From Octopus vulgaris (lineage: Eukaryota), in contig OX597829.1 in NCBI GenBank assembly GCA_951406725.2, positions 30,566,001-30,630,000 of the forward strand: DNA of 64,000 nucleotides. Reading direction: 5' to 3'. How positions within the stretch are numbered: the first letter of the stretch is position 1; every line of letters starts with the position of its first letter. Shown in pieces: positions 1-11,778 of this stretch. The notes below the pieces were generated by a model. The model saw nothing but the letters and a program-made list of their open reading frames with translations, did no database searches and was not told where the DNA came from. A program made the translations under genes and the position numbers.

Positions 1-312
1 TCCAGCAGCACTGGCAACGACCTCACTTGAATGTTTGGTTGTGCAAAATTGTGAGAAGTTGAATATGGGAATTTAACTGTGTCTAGTGAATAATTTGTTC
101 TATTTGTGAACATGGTTATCAAATAATTTTTTTTTAAATTTTGGTTACTTGAGTGAAAACTGGAAAATTGCATCATACCAAATGACTGGTTTTTTTCGGC
201 TTCGTTTTTATTTTCTGTTGGGGTGAATGGACATATATTTCATGCATTAAATTGTCTCTTTATAATCATTCTTTGTGAGTGCTTTATTATATTCATGAAA
301 TGATTCATTGAA

Positions 313-640
313 TGTGAAGGTGCATGGCTCAGTAGTTACAGCATCAGGCTCGCAATCATGTGGTAGTGACTGGGCTGTGTGCTGTGTTCTTGAGCAAGAC
401 ACTTTATTTTATGTTGCTCCACTTCACTCAGCTGTAGAAACGAATTGCAATGTCACTGGTGCCTAGCTGTATCAGCCTTTGCCTTTCTCTTGGATAACAT
501 CAGTGGCGTGGAGAGGGGAGGATGGTATGCATGGGCGACTGCTGGCCTTCCACAAATAATCTTGCTCAGACTTGTGCTTTGGAGGGTAGCTTTCTAGGTG
601 CAATCCCATCGTCATTCATGACCAAAAGGGATCTTTACCA
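313..640 (+). mobile_element. tRNA-like SINE, family D
   Basis: Head TGTGAAGGTGCATGGCTCAGTAGTTA (A-box-like) followed by TGTGTTCTTGAGCAAGACACTTTATTT and CACTCAGCTGTAGAAACGA; the same head and body occur on the minus strand at about 39420-39592. Confidence 0.65.
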
Positions 641-841
641 TTTACCCAATTCATTGAATACCTTTCCATTACAGTTGATTGATGGAATTCTTAAAAAACA
701 TTCCTAACTAAAGTGATTAGATTATAGACATACAAAAGATCTTTTTTCATATGAACTAAATATGTTACTAGATAAATTTAGTGTTATATCTAGGAATGTT
801 ATTTTTTTGTTCTCTTCAACAGCGATTTGGATCTTACTTGT

Positions 842-1069
842 TTAACCTTTTAGCATTTAGATTATTCTGTTTAATGTAATACTTATTTATTGGCATTGTT
901 ATGAATTAACCATTTCATTGTTTCATAGCTTTTGGATTTCAATGATGTGATTATTTATTTTTAGAATGACATTATAGGGTAGGTGTGAGAGGCTGAATAT
1001 GGCCAGTCCTAACATAAAACTGGCAGAATATTTGGGCTGGATATGGCCAGTTTAAATGCTAAAGGGTTG
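842..1069. mobile_element. piggyBac-like MITE
   Basis: TTAA-CCTTTTAGCATTTA ... TAAATGCTAAAGGG-TTGA terminal inverted repeats with a TTAA-like TSD; related copies at 10972-11196 and about 47212-47420. Confidence 0.65.
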
Positions 1070-1309
1070 AAAATAAAAACCCCAATAAAAGTGTTTATGG
1101 AACCTATCAGCTGATTGAGGGTTCATATTATATCTAAATAAAAGCAAATCATCATCTCAAGATAACCCTATGAAAGGAAGATACTTCTTTTATGAATACT
1201 GTCAGTTATCTTAGATCTTTGACAGACAAACTAAAAATAATAATAATAAAGTGAAGATCAAATAAATAGTGTTGGTGTTTAATTGGCAATAGATGATCAT
1301 TCCCTAGAA

Positions 1310-1543
1310 AGGCTGCAAGCTGGCAGAAATGCTAGCATGCCGGGCGAAATGCTTAGCGGTATTTCGTCTACCACTATGCTCTGAGTTCAAATTCTGCCGA
1401 GGTCGACTTTGTCTTTCATCCTTTCGGGGTCGATTAAATAAGTATCAGTTACATACTGGGGTCGATATAATTGACTTAATCCATTTGTCTGTCCTTGTTT
1501 GTCCCCTCTGTGTGCAGCCCCTTGTGGGCAGTAAAGAAATAAA
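1310..1543 (+). mobile_element. tRNA-derived SINE, family A (Meta-domain-like core)
   Basis: A-box-like GCTGGCAGAA, B-box GAGTTCAAATTC, core GACTTTGTCTTTCATCCTTTCGGGGTCGAT; flanked by a ~16-bp TSD ATGATCATYCCCTAGA; near-identical copies at 22422, 38933 and 54878. Confidence 0.85.
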
Positions 1544-1581
1544 ATGATCATCCCCTAGAGTATAAATATACATCATCATCA

Positions 1582-1767
1582 TGTCAATGAAAGTTCTTTC
1601 GTCACACATTCTGTGACTTCTTTGGTGACTTTCTGTCCCATGTGTCTCCTCTTGTCCTGTTTATTCCATTTTGTCAAAAAAGGAATGGGCAGGACAAGAG
1701 GTGACATATGGAACAGAAAGTCACCAAAGAAGTCACAGAATGTGTGATGAAAGAACTTACACTGACA
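1582..1767. repeat. ~90-bp-arm palindrome made of two inverted Penelope-like terminal fragments, each with a degenerate hammerhead-like motif
   Basis: AAGTTCTTTCGTCACACATTCTGTGACTTCTTTGGTGACTTTCTGT... is the reverse complement of ...ACAGAAAGTCACCAAAGAAGTCACAGAATGTGTGATGAAAGAACTT, with almost no spacer. Confidence 0.85.
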
Positions 1768-1774
1768 AATAAAC

Positions 1775-1844
<70 letters not shown>

Positions 1845-1867
1845 CATGATAATAATAATAATAATAA

Positions 1868-1995
1868 AGTGATATTGAAGATGAAATATCGTGTGCGCAT
1901 GTTTAATCAGCAAAAGATGACCATCCCCAAATATAACAATATCTGTTTCAACAAACAAATTTCATGTTGCAAGAATCTTGCAAAACAAATGCATA
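1868..1995 (+). mobile_element. Penelope-like terminus with tail
   Basis: TGACCATCCCCAAATATAACAATATCTGTTTCAAC...AAGAATCTTGCAAAA matches 19870-19950 and 28652-28710. Confidence 0.6.
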
Positions 1996-2015
1996 AAGTC
2001 TCTCTCTCTCCCTCT

Positions 2016-2071
<56 letters not shown>

Positions 2072-2082
2072 GTATATCTATC

Positions 2083-2118
<36 letters not shown>

Positions 2119-3095
2119 AGGAAGAATTAAAAAACAAAAGTTTCAAAGCTGTTGAAAAATGGAAATTTTTTAAAATATCATTTTCTATAAATCACGTGTG
2201 TGTGTGTGTGTGTGTGTGTGTGAGTGGTGGGGGTGCAGTGTATAAGAAATGACAATACATGCTGTAGAGGATATGGTTTTGTTTAAACTGAATGCTTGCC
2301 TTGCATCTCAAGTTGCACACCATTGTGATCTTCAGGCAAGAGATCACAGTAGGCTGAAACTTGAGCCATGAAACAAACATTCAGTTTAAATAAATATGAG
2401 TGCATTTTTTTTTCAGGCTTATGGATTCTTAGAGAGCTTACATGCACTACCCCCACACACACTTATCATTATTATTATATAAATTTAGAAACCAAAGTGA
2501 ACATTATAGACTGTGTTGATTAAACAATGTCAAAAATGTTAATGAAGAGGACAATAGCTCAGCTGTTGATTAAATTACAATAATTTCAACTTAATGTAGT
2601 TGTTAAATACTTTATAAAGGCTGAAGATCGTTTCCAGATCCTACAATGCACAGCAGCATCTGTCTCAATAGAGTTTGAAAATTAATTATTATCCATAAAG
2701 TGTAAGTGAAACAGTTACCTTGTGTTTCATGTCAGACATCTTACTTATTAAGTTCCTCAACTTATCTCTATCTAAATCATCATTATTACTTTATTGATAA
2801 CTATCTTAAATATTTCAGAAGTTTATTCAGTAATATTCTACTAATTGTATTTAATTATATATTGAATATTTTCTAATTAGATAATTAGGTTTAGTAAAAT
2901 AATTTAATCAACACTTTCAATGAGATTCTTACTCAGTACAGTGTAGAGATAACACAAACCTATCCATATGCAGAAGAAAAAAAAATCTGTTTTGGCATGA
3001 CTTTCTTAAGTATGAAGTTAAATTAACCTGATGTGCACTAGGTCACTCAAAGAGCCTACATTGTCTGTTAAAACTTTCTATTTGATTATTTGATG

Positions 3096-3158
<63 letters not shown>

Positions 3159-3159
3159 G

Positions 3160-3194
<35 letters not shown>

Positions 3195-3204
3195 TTATAT
3201 ATAT

Positions 3205-3490
3205 GGAGACTCAATGGCCCAGTGGTTGTAGGATTGTGGTTTCAATTCCCAGACTGGGCATTGTGAGTGTTTATTGAGCGAAAACACCTAAAGCTCCATG
3301 AAGCTCCAGCAGGGGGTGGTGGCGATCCCTGCTGTACTCTTTTGCCACAACTTTCTCTCTCTCTTTCTTCTGTTGGCCTGCTCACTTAGCCAGTGGGGCG
3401 GCATCATTTTAAGGCTAAAACAATGCGAAGCGCATTGTGACCAGCGATGTGTAGCAACATCTGATAGCCTGGTCGGTCACGGTGATCACA
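3205..3490 (+). mobile_element. tRNA-derived SINE, family C
   Basis: GGAGACTCAATGGCCCAGTGGTT...GGTTTCAATTCCCAGAC (A and B boxes), then TTTATTGAGCGAAAACACCTAAAGCTCC; second copy on the minus strand at 11472-11778. Confidence 0.75.
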
Positions 3491-3519
3491 GTGATATATA
3501 TATATATATGCATGTATGT

Positions 3520-3735
3520 ATGTATTTGTGTGTCTGTGTTTGTCTCCCCACCATCACTTGATGACTGATGTTGGTGTGTTTACATCCCTGTGACTTAGCA
3601 GTTCAGCAAAAGAAACTGATAGGATAAATACTAGGCTTACAAAAGAATAACTCCTGGGGTAGATTCGTTCAACTAAAGGCGGTACTCCAGCAAGGCCACA
3701 GTCAAATGACTGAAACAAGTAAAAGAATAAAAGAA
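3520..3735 (+). mobile_element. SINE family B, 3' half
   Basis: Body ending in CAGTCAAATGACTGAAACAAGTAAAAGAATAAAAGAATA, shared by more than a dozen copies in this window. Confidence 0.8.
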
Positions 3736-4167
3736 TACAACTTGAAGCAACCTAACTAATGTCAAAACATATTTTCATATTTCTAATCTTTCTTCCAGAG
3801 AAAGGTGAAACAAGCGGAATAACAGCAACAGTAGAGTCAGGTGGGGATTGGTTTTAATAAAGATAAAAGCATTATTTATTACCTGTAAAGGTAAGATTGG
3901 CGAACCAATGAAGATAATATTTCTCCATTTTGATCACTCCATAAGTGATCTGTTAAGAACCTTGTAACTATATGCACATGATTAAGTTTAATAAAACAAT
4001 TGGTTGGTTGCAGGCTTTACTCATTTGCTCAGGAGCAATGTCCACGAAGTAAAAAATAATCGTGATGTCTGTCACTCAGAAATAATAGACCCATGAACAG
4101 TTAAGGAAGGAAGGAAAAAAAAAACCCCAAAATAGGCTACCTCCTATTTAGGAGGATTGTATACATC

Positions 4168-4433
4168 TGACTGTGGAAGATGAAAAATGTGAAGAAAGTG
4201 CCAATTATTGTTGCGGCCTTAGGGACATAGACAAAAGGTATTGAGAGGAATATAAAGGAAACGGGAACAGAGTACCCAGTAGAGCTGTTGCAAAAGGTTT
4301 GCCTCCTTGGCATGACCAGAATAATCAGGAAAGTATTAGTTGAAGAGAACAAATAACATGGTATTATATATAGGCTGCAGGTAGCAAGCCCACTACTTAT
4401 ACAAGACTCCACTAGTCCCAACAAAACCCAAGT

Positions 4434-4435
<2 letters not shown>
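4168..4435 (+). pseudogene. 3' end of an RLE-type non-LTR retrotransposon (R4/Dong-like, second family)
   Basis: Manual translation from 4174: WKMKNVKKVPIIVAALGT*TKGIERNIKETGTEYPVELLQKVCLLGMTRIIRKVL, homologous to the C-terminus of ORF 7684-8106 (IPVVIGALG...QKKVLMGTAHILRKIL); short 3' UTR running into (TAA)n. Confidence 0.75.
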
Positions 4436-4464
<29 letters not shown>

Positions 4465-4466
<2 letters not shown>

Positions 4467-4862
4467 TGATGCAGTACCATGCCCTGATGCAGTACCAGGC
4501 AGTGGCTCTCATGGCTTCTGATCTTAACTGATTGGAAGTGTTATCATGTACATTGTTTTGTCTTGGTATAAAAGATGGGCTACAGCAAAGTAGTGGGGGA
4601 GCATCATAGCCGTGTGTTGAGAAGGATTCTTTGGGGTTTGAATAATTCACCTCTGGAAACATGGGTGTTTCGTTCAACATCCTTAAACAACCTGCAATGT
4701 CATGTGCTGTTTATCTTGATATGAGATCACCATGTCGCGCACATATGGTTGTGATGCATGTGCTTGGTGTACCCTTATCAGACGGGTAGTCATGATGGGT
4801 ATATTGGGCTTCGTATATTTTACCCCAGTGTCACTTTGATGGCATGCACTGCTCTCTCACTC
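4465..4862 (+). mobile_element. (TAA)n-embedded non-coding repeat unit, internally deleted copy
   Basis: Co-linear with 5205-5761 apart from two internal deletions and a short 5' duplication; (AAT)n on both sides. Confidence 0.8.
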
Positions 4863-4901
4863 AATAATAATAATAATGATAATAATAATAATAATGATAA
4901 T

Positions 4902-4981
<80 letters not shown>

Positions 4982-4988
4982 TAATATT

Positions 4989-5044
<56 letters not shown>

Positions 5045-5049
5045 TAAGG

Positions 5050-5109
<60 letters not shown>

Positions 5110-5110
5110 T

Positions 5111-5143
<33 letters not shown>

Positions 5144-5157
5144 TAACGATAATAATG

Positions 5158-5204
<47 letters not shown>
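4863..5204. repeat. (AAT)n microsatellite with GAT variants
   Basis: Directly visible; source of the poly-N and poly-I ORFs. Confidence 0.98.
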
Positions 5205-5208
<4 letters not shown>

Positions 5209-5761
5209 GCCCTGATGCAGTACCAGGCAGTGGCTCTCATGGCTTCTGATCTTAACTGATTGGAAGTGTTATCATGTACATTGTTTTGTCTTTGTATAAA
5301 AGATGGTCTACAGCAAATATTCTGCTCAATACCACAGATTTGCTTGTCAGTCGTTTGACCTTAACCAGTTGAGCATGTCCCTTAGTGACTGATGATATGT
5401 GCATCTCTGATCACGAGCAGAAGTAGTGGGGGAGCATCATAGCCATGTGTTGAGAGGGATCTTTGGGGTTTGAATAATTCACCTCCGCAAACATGGGTGT
5501 TTCGTTCAACATCCTTAAACAACCCTTATTCAGGGACCTTTTGAGCGGGATGGGCTACTCAACCTGAAGAAAATTCTAACTGGGCCCCACCTGCAAGGTC
5601 ATGTGCTGTTTATCTTGATATGAGATCACCATGTCGCGCACATATGGTTGTGATGCATGTGCCTGGTATACCCTTATCAGATGGGTAGTCATGATGGGTA
5701 TACTGGGCTTCGTATATTTTACCCCAGTGTTATTTTGATGGCATGCACTGCTCTCTCACTC
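5205..5761 (+). mobile_element. (TAA)n-embedded ~555-bp non-coding repeat unit, longest copy
   Basis: AAATGCCCTGATGCAGTACCAGGCAGTGG...GCACTGCTCTCTCACTC flanked by (AAT)n; duplicated at 4465-4862. Confidence 0.8.
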
Positions 5762-5837
5762 AATAATAATAATATTAATAATAATAATAATAATAATAAT
5801 TTTAATAATAATGATGATGATGATGATGATAATGATG

Positions 5838-5882
<45 letters not shown>

Positions 5883-5884
5883 GT

Positions 5885-6305
5885 TTTAAATTTTTGGGAC
5901 AAACCCAGCAAGCTCGGGGAGGGAATAAGTCAATTACACTGATCCCAGTGCTGAACTGGTACTTATTTTATCGATCCCGAAAGGATGAAAGGCAAAGTCA
6001 ACCCCAGCAGAATTTGAACTCAGAACATAAAAATGGATGAAACAACACTGAGTATTTTGCTCAGCTTGCCACCTTAAATAATAATAATCTTTTCTACTAT
6101 AGGCACATGGCTTGAAATTTTGGGGGATGGGATTAGTCAATTAGATTAACCCTAGTGTTTCACTGGTACTTAATTTATCAACCCTAAAAAGAATGAAAGG
6201 CAAAGTCAACCCCAGCAGAATTTGAACTCAGAATCTAAGGATGGACAAAATACTGCTAATCATTTTTGCCTGGCATGTTAATGATTCTGCCAACTCACCA
6301 TCTTA
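5885..6305 (-). mobile_element. Two tandem degenerate SINE family A-related copies
   Basis: GATGAAAGGCAAAGTCAACCCCAGCAGAATTTGAACTCAGAA occurs twice and is the reverse complement of the family A B-box/core. Confidence 0.7.
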
Positions 6306-6315
6306 AATAATAATA

Positions 6316-6346
<31 letters not shown>

Positions 6347-6353
6347 TAATAAC

Positions 6354-6387
<34 letters not shown>

Positions 6388-6426
6388 TTAATAATGATAA
6401 TAATAATAATAATAATAATAACATTG

Positions 6427-6527
<101 letters not shown>

Positions 6528-8304
6528 CAACAACTCAAGGGCTTACTAGCGATAGTCAAACAATTCAGTGACGACATCAGAATGCAATTCGGCCTCGATA
6601 AATGTGCAAAGGCTACCTTTATCAAAGGAAAAATGACTGAAACATCTAACGTTAACCTTGACCAACAGAATGTCATAAAAGAACTAGACCCAGCGGAGAG
6701 CTACAAGTATCTAGGGGTAATTGAAGGGAACGGAATAAGGCATTCAGAGATGAAGGAAAGGATCAGGAGAGAATGCTATCGAAGAGTGAGAGCAATACTC
6801 AAGACAGAGCTGAATGCAAGAAACAGGATCGAAGCGATCAATGCATTAGCCATACCAGTCGTGACTTACAGTTTCAATATTGTTAACTGGTCAATTACTG
6901 AAATATGTCAGCTCGACAGAAAAATAAGGAAACTGTTGACAATGCATAGAATACACCACCCTAAGGCAGATACAGAACGACTCTATCTGCCAAGAAAAGA
7001 GGGAGGCCGTGGTCTTTTGCAACTGGCAATAATGAAGATTGCTACAATTGGCCTAGACGATTGCTACAATTGGCCTAGACACCTACCTGAAAAGATTGCT
7101 ACAATTGGCCTAGACACCTACCTGAAAAACTCTGAGGACTGGATGTTAAAACTTGTCTCAAAACATGAAAACAAGAAAGCATCATACTCAGTCACAAAAC
7201 AGGCAAAGGAATATCTAAGTGAATTCCGAATACAACCAATTTCGGAATTAGAGATAGATATACAAGAAACAAGCACAGAAAAAGCTAGGCGCATGAAAAC
7301 CCGTGCCAAAACTGCGGCCTTAGATATTCTGAATAATAAATTGCAAGAAAAACCTCTCTATGGCAAATACCCAAAGAGTGCGAATAATGCAGATATCGAC
7401 AAAGCCCTGACCCATCAATGGCTAATGGCCTCTGGCTTAAAATCTGAAACAGAGGGGTTTATCATAGCAGCTCAAGATCAATGCCTACCAACAAGAAACT
7501 ACCAGGCCAACATATTAAAGAACAGCAGTAGCCCAACATGTCGTGTATGCCGACAACAAAATGAAACCATTGACCATGTTGTCTCCAAATACAGTCTTCT
7601 AGCGCCTACAGAGTACCTCAGTAGGCATGATAGAGCTGCACAATATATTCACTGGGTAATTTGCAAAAACCTGGATTTGCCCCATGAAAAAAAACTGGTG
7701 GGAACACAATCCACCTCCTGTGCTTGAAAATGACCACATCTCACTCCTCTGGAACTTCACCATTCAAACTGACAGGAAGATAGATGCAAATATGCCAGAC
7801 ATTATATTGAAAGACTTCAGACAAAGAACATGCCTCCTCATTGATATGACTGTCCCAATCGATATAAACGTATCTGTCAAGACCTACCAAAAACTGAGCA
7901 AATATAAAGATCTTGAAATAGAAATCAGCAAAATGTGGAAGCTGAAGACTAAAACAATACCTGTTGTCATAGGTGCCCTGGGAATGATAGCGAAAGGGAC
8001 TGATTGCTACCTAACTCAGATACCAGGAAACCCCAAAATGGCAGAAATTCAAAAGAAAGTGCTCATGGGAACTGCTCATATCCTACGCAAAATACTCTCT
8101 ATGTAATCCCAAGGTTTAAAACAAACTTTTTTTTATTTATTTATTTTTTATTTTTATGTATTAGACATTCACTAGTACAACACCAAAAAAAAAAAAAAAA
8201 AACCCCAAATATATGGCACAGAACTTCCAACCTGTTGTCTCTTGAGGTCTCTGGGTGAGACTTGGAGCCAACTTGTACAGACATTAAAGCAAAAGTCAAA
8301 CATA

Positions 8305-8305
<1 letters not shown>
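6528..8305 (+). mobile_element. 5'-truncated RLE-type non-LTR retrotransposon (R4/Dong-like) inserted in (TAA)n
   Basis: RT C-terminal region (MQFGLDKC, YKYLG, LYLPRKEGGRGL), zinc knuckle (CRVC...ETIDHVVS, last C lost), RHD motif, RLE PD-(D/E)xK region (PDII...LIDMTVP...KLSKY); (TAA)n on both flanks. Confidence 0.92.
6582..8106 (+). pseudogene. Reverse transcriptase / zinc knuckle / restriction-like endonuclease, frameshifted
   Basis: ORFs 6582-7727 and 7684-8106 join through a +1 A in the A-run at about 7687-7694 (HEKNWWEH); the catalytic YxDD segment is lost by 5' truncation. Confidence 0.88.
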
Positions 8306-8401
<96 letters not shown>

Positions 8402-9362
8402 CCTTTCTACAATAGGCACAAGGTCTGAAATTTTAGGAGAGAGGACTTGCTGATTACACTTACCTCAGATTTTAATTTAGATCATTTTAACCACTTTAGG
8501 ATCATATTTCTGTTGAAATATGCTGCCTTTGCTTCATTTAATTTTAAAAGTAATGAATTTAAAAATTAGATATTAGTAACAGAGGCAGTATCGCAGAGAT
8601 ACAATGGCAACCTGTATATCCTACTTAATGTGGATGTATTATAGGAGTGCTGTAATATTGTCGCATTCACCCTAAGAAAGTCTCAACTTTGTCATCATTA
8701 AGTTGGTGCTTGAAATATTAGCATGACATTTTGCTGGAAAGTTTTAATTTAGACCACTTTAAAACAAGAATTTTGTATTATAGAACCAGGGATGATCTGA
8801 TACTCATAAACCCATGTAAACACTACCCTTGTAGCTTAGAGATGGAGGGTAGTTATTAACTTAATTTACATATGATACTTTCTACTTTCTATGAAGATAG
8901 TTTTTGGTGGCATTCCTACTAAATCATTGAACTCACCATGATAAGTTACTTTCACTGATTTGTCAATCATAATATCAGAACAACTACAACACCTTACTCA
9001 CCATATCATTGCTAGACAACTGCCTCTCCCTGGATAACTGCCCCCTGTTTGATATTGGTTCCAAAAGACAACTGATCCCTCTTCAGATAATTGTTACCTG
9101 ACAATTAATAAATAGTGCTATTATTAATTGTTGTATTAATCATTGTAATTATTAATTAAGCAATTATTATTCATTGTAATTATTCAGTAAGTATCCATTA
9201 TTTATGTAATTATTAATTGTTGAAATCATTAATTATTATTATACTGATGTACAGCCTGCAATTTACAATATTGGTGGAGAAATTATACTAGTATCAGAAT
9301 ATAAGTCTTGTTATTGGATAACAGATAAAGCACGAAATATAAAACCTTAATTATTTGTATTA

Positions 9363-10804
9363 TCAGGTAATCCCATAAGTTCTGTCCAAATTTTGAATAA
9401 AGTAAACAAGTGATCAAATGTTATATTTAATTGTAATTTAACCATCAATGTACTTTCCCTGATTATCTATGACTTCCTTCCATCTATGTACAAGCTTTTT
9501 AATCTAATCAATGCAAAACTCTTTTGGTTTCAAAAAAAAGAACTCTGAAATGTTAGTTTTGACCTCCTCCTGGCTTGCGACAGTTATGTCCCCCAAATGA
9601 TTCTGTAAACTACAAAACAAATGGTAGACTGAAGCAGCAAGGTCAGGAGAATAAGGTGGATGAGAATTTTTTCCCAACCAAGCTCTTCGATCTTCTGTGA
9701 TATGATCTTTTCAGTGTGGGGTCGCGCATTGTCTTGATAAAATATCACTCCTTTTTGATTTACAAAGGGGGCCTTTTTTTCTTCAAAGCTTGGTTCAAAT
9801 GCTCTAAGTGCAGACAGTAGACTTGAGCATTGATTGTTGCATTAGGTGGTAACAATTCAAAGTGAATTACTCCATTGCAATCCCACCAGATAGAGATAGT
9901 TGTGGTTGAGCTTTTTCCCTTTTACCAAGCCACTGTTTACGACATTTAACATTTCAATAGAAGATCCATTTTTCGTCACCTGTCACAAGTCTATCCAAAA
10001 AGGATGAAATGAGTTCGTGAGAATGGGAAGAAGAGCAGATGTCAACTCGGGATTTGCAGTTGCTTTCAGACAATTCATGAGGCACCCATTTTCCAATTTT
10101 AGGAACCTTTCCAAGTTGTTGAAGATGATGATGAACAGTTATATGGTTTGAACTAAGCTTTAATACTGATAATGCAGTATTTTCTTCAAGTAATGCCTCA
10201 AGGAGTTTATCATCAAACTCAACTGGACATCCTGTTTGATCTTCATCTTCAAGGCTGAAATCTCTTCTGTATTTTGCAAACCATCTTCTGCCAGTTCTTT
10301 CATTCAAGCATTCTTTCCCATAAACTGAGTGTATGTTTTGAGTCACTTCAGCTGTAGAGTTTCCTTTTTTGTACTCATAAAGCATTATGTGCCTTAAATG
10401 CTCTTTGGATATTTTCATGTTAGAAAGGGTTTTAATCAAAAAAATTTTAATTCTATTATTCTGTAAAATAATATTTAATTAGTTAGGTGGCACGTAAAAA
10501 GCACCCACTACACTCACGGAGTGGTTGGCGTTAGGAAGGGCATCCAGCTGTAGAAACATTGCCAGATAAGACTGGAGCCTGGTGCAGCCTTCTGGCTTCC
10601 CAGATCCCCGGTCGAACCGTCCAACCCATGCTAGCATGGAGAACGGACGTTAAACGATGATGATGATGATGATGATGATAGTTAAAATAATGTACACAAA
10701 TGCATAAAAATCATTTTTAATTCCATTATATATTCTAAAATACTATTAAATTTCATTCAATTTTAAACACGGTAAAATTGGACAGAACTTATGGGATGAC
10801 CTGA
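9363..10804 (-). mobile_element. Mariner (Tc1/mariner) transposon, decayed
   Basis: TIRs TCAGGTAATCCCATAAGTTCTGTCCAAATTTT / AAAATTGGACAGAACTTATGGGATGACCTGA, TA TSD; transposase ORF 9954-10439 with HTH, WVPHEL and VTGDEKW; downstream minus-strand remnants include a YSPDLAASVY motif. Confidence 0.95.
10486..10678 (+). mobile_element. RTE-LINE 3' tail fragment inserted in the mariner
   Basis: Matches the 3' UTR at 18440-18615; ends in (GAT)n; TSD TAGTTA. Confidence 0.85.
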
Positions 10805-10971
10805 TAGTATTTATTTGCATCCCCATACTTATACTTTTTCTAAATTGTCTCTTGGTTGGGGAAATTGTCCAGGGAAGAAATTAACTGAGGTTAGTTGTCC
10901 TAGAACTGATGCTGATGTCTTTAGATCTGTTTGTTATAGCCAAGATACTGATTCATCAATGGCCCAGTGTG

Positions 10972-11196
10972 TTAACTCTTTAATATTTAAGCTGGCCATA
11001 GTGGGCTCAAATATTCTACCTTTTATGTTCAAACTGACCAAATCAGGCCTATCACATCTGCCTTACAATGTCATTCTAAAAATAAGTAATTACATCATCG
11101 AAATCTCAAAACAACAAGATACTACATGATTAATTCAAGCTAATTTGAATAAATAAGCATTATGTTTGTCGGAGTAACCTGAATGCTAAATGGTTG
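10972..11196. mobile_element. piggyBac-like MITE (inverted relative of 842-1069)
   Basis: TTAACTCTTTAATATTTA ... GAATGCTAAATGGTTGA termini; internal sequence is the reverse complement of 842-1069. Confidence 0.6.
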
Positions 11197-11471
11197 AGCT
11201 ATAAGTAGTAAAGATTGAAAGTAGAATAAGACTGCATACTAACAGTCTTCTCTGCAAATTATAGTTATATTTTGTTTATTAAGAAAATTAAGATTTCTAC
11301 AAAAGAGATGCTAAAGTCAGTTTCTCTTTGACTCAGCAAGTATCAACAGATGTACATTGGTTTTTATGATTATAAATCAACAGTCAAGTATTTTGATCAC
11401 AGACATGATCACAGTTCACTCAACTATACCAAACTGTGATATAGTACATTATTTCATATGATAAACGATAA

Positions 11472-11778
11472 GCGTCACCCTTTTCAAGCCTAGCCAGGTT
11501 CATAGGTCCGGTTTCCCGATTTCTGTGGTGTATGTTTTTCCCCCACCTGGATGGGACACCAGTTCATCGCAGTGTTACTCAAGAAACAGGAAGAAAGAGT
11601 GAGAGCAAGTTGTGGTGAAAGAGTACAACAGGGGTCGCCACCACACCCTGCCTGAGCTTCGTGGAGCTTTTAGGTGTTTTCGCTCAATAAACACACACAA
11701 CGCCCAGTCTGGGAATCGAAACCGCGATCCTCCGATCATGAGTCTGCTGCCCTAACCACTGGGCCATTGCGCCTCCAC
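11472..11778 (-). mobile_element. tRNA-derived SINE, family C
   Basis: Reverse complement begins GGAGGCGCAATGGCCCAGTGGTTAGGGCAGCAGACTCATGATCGGAGGATCGCGGTTTCGATTCCC, a clear tRNA-like head. Confidence 0.85.

Larger units (their letters stand above)
9012..10907. mobile_element. Degenerate TIR element hosting the mariner
   Basis: CTAGACAACTGCC/GATAACTGCCCCC repeats on the left versus GGGAAATTGTCC...AGTTGTCCTAG on the right. Confidence 0.4.

Noticed and set aside
6582-8106. Active retrotransposon or domesticated RT gene
   Set aside because: 5'-truncated past the catalytic YxDD, frameshifted, with a damaged zinc knuckle.
11700-11778. tRNA-like sequence
   Set aside because: It is a SINE head continuous with a SINE body and lacks a complete acceptor stem.
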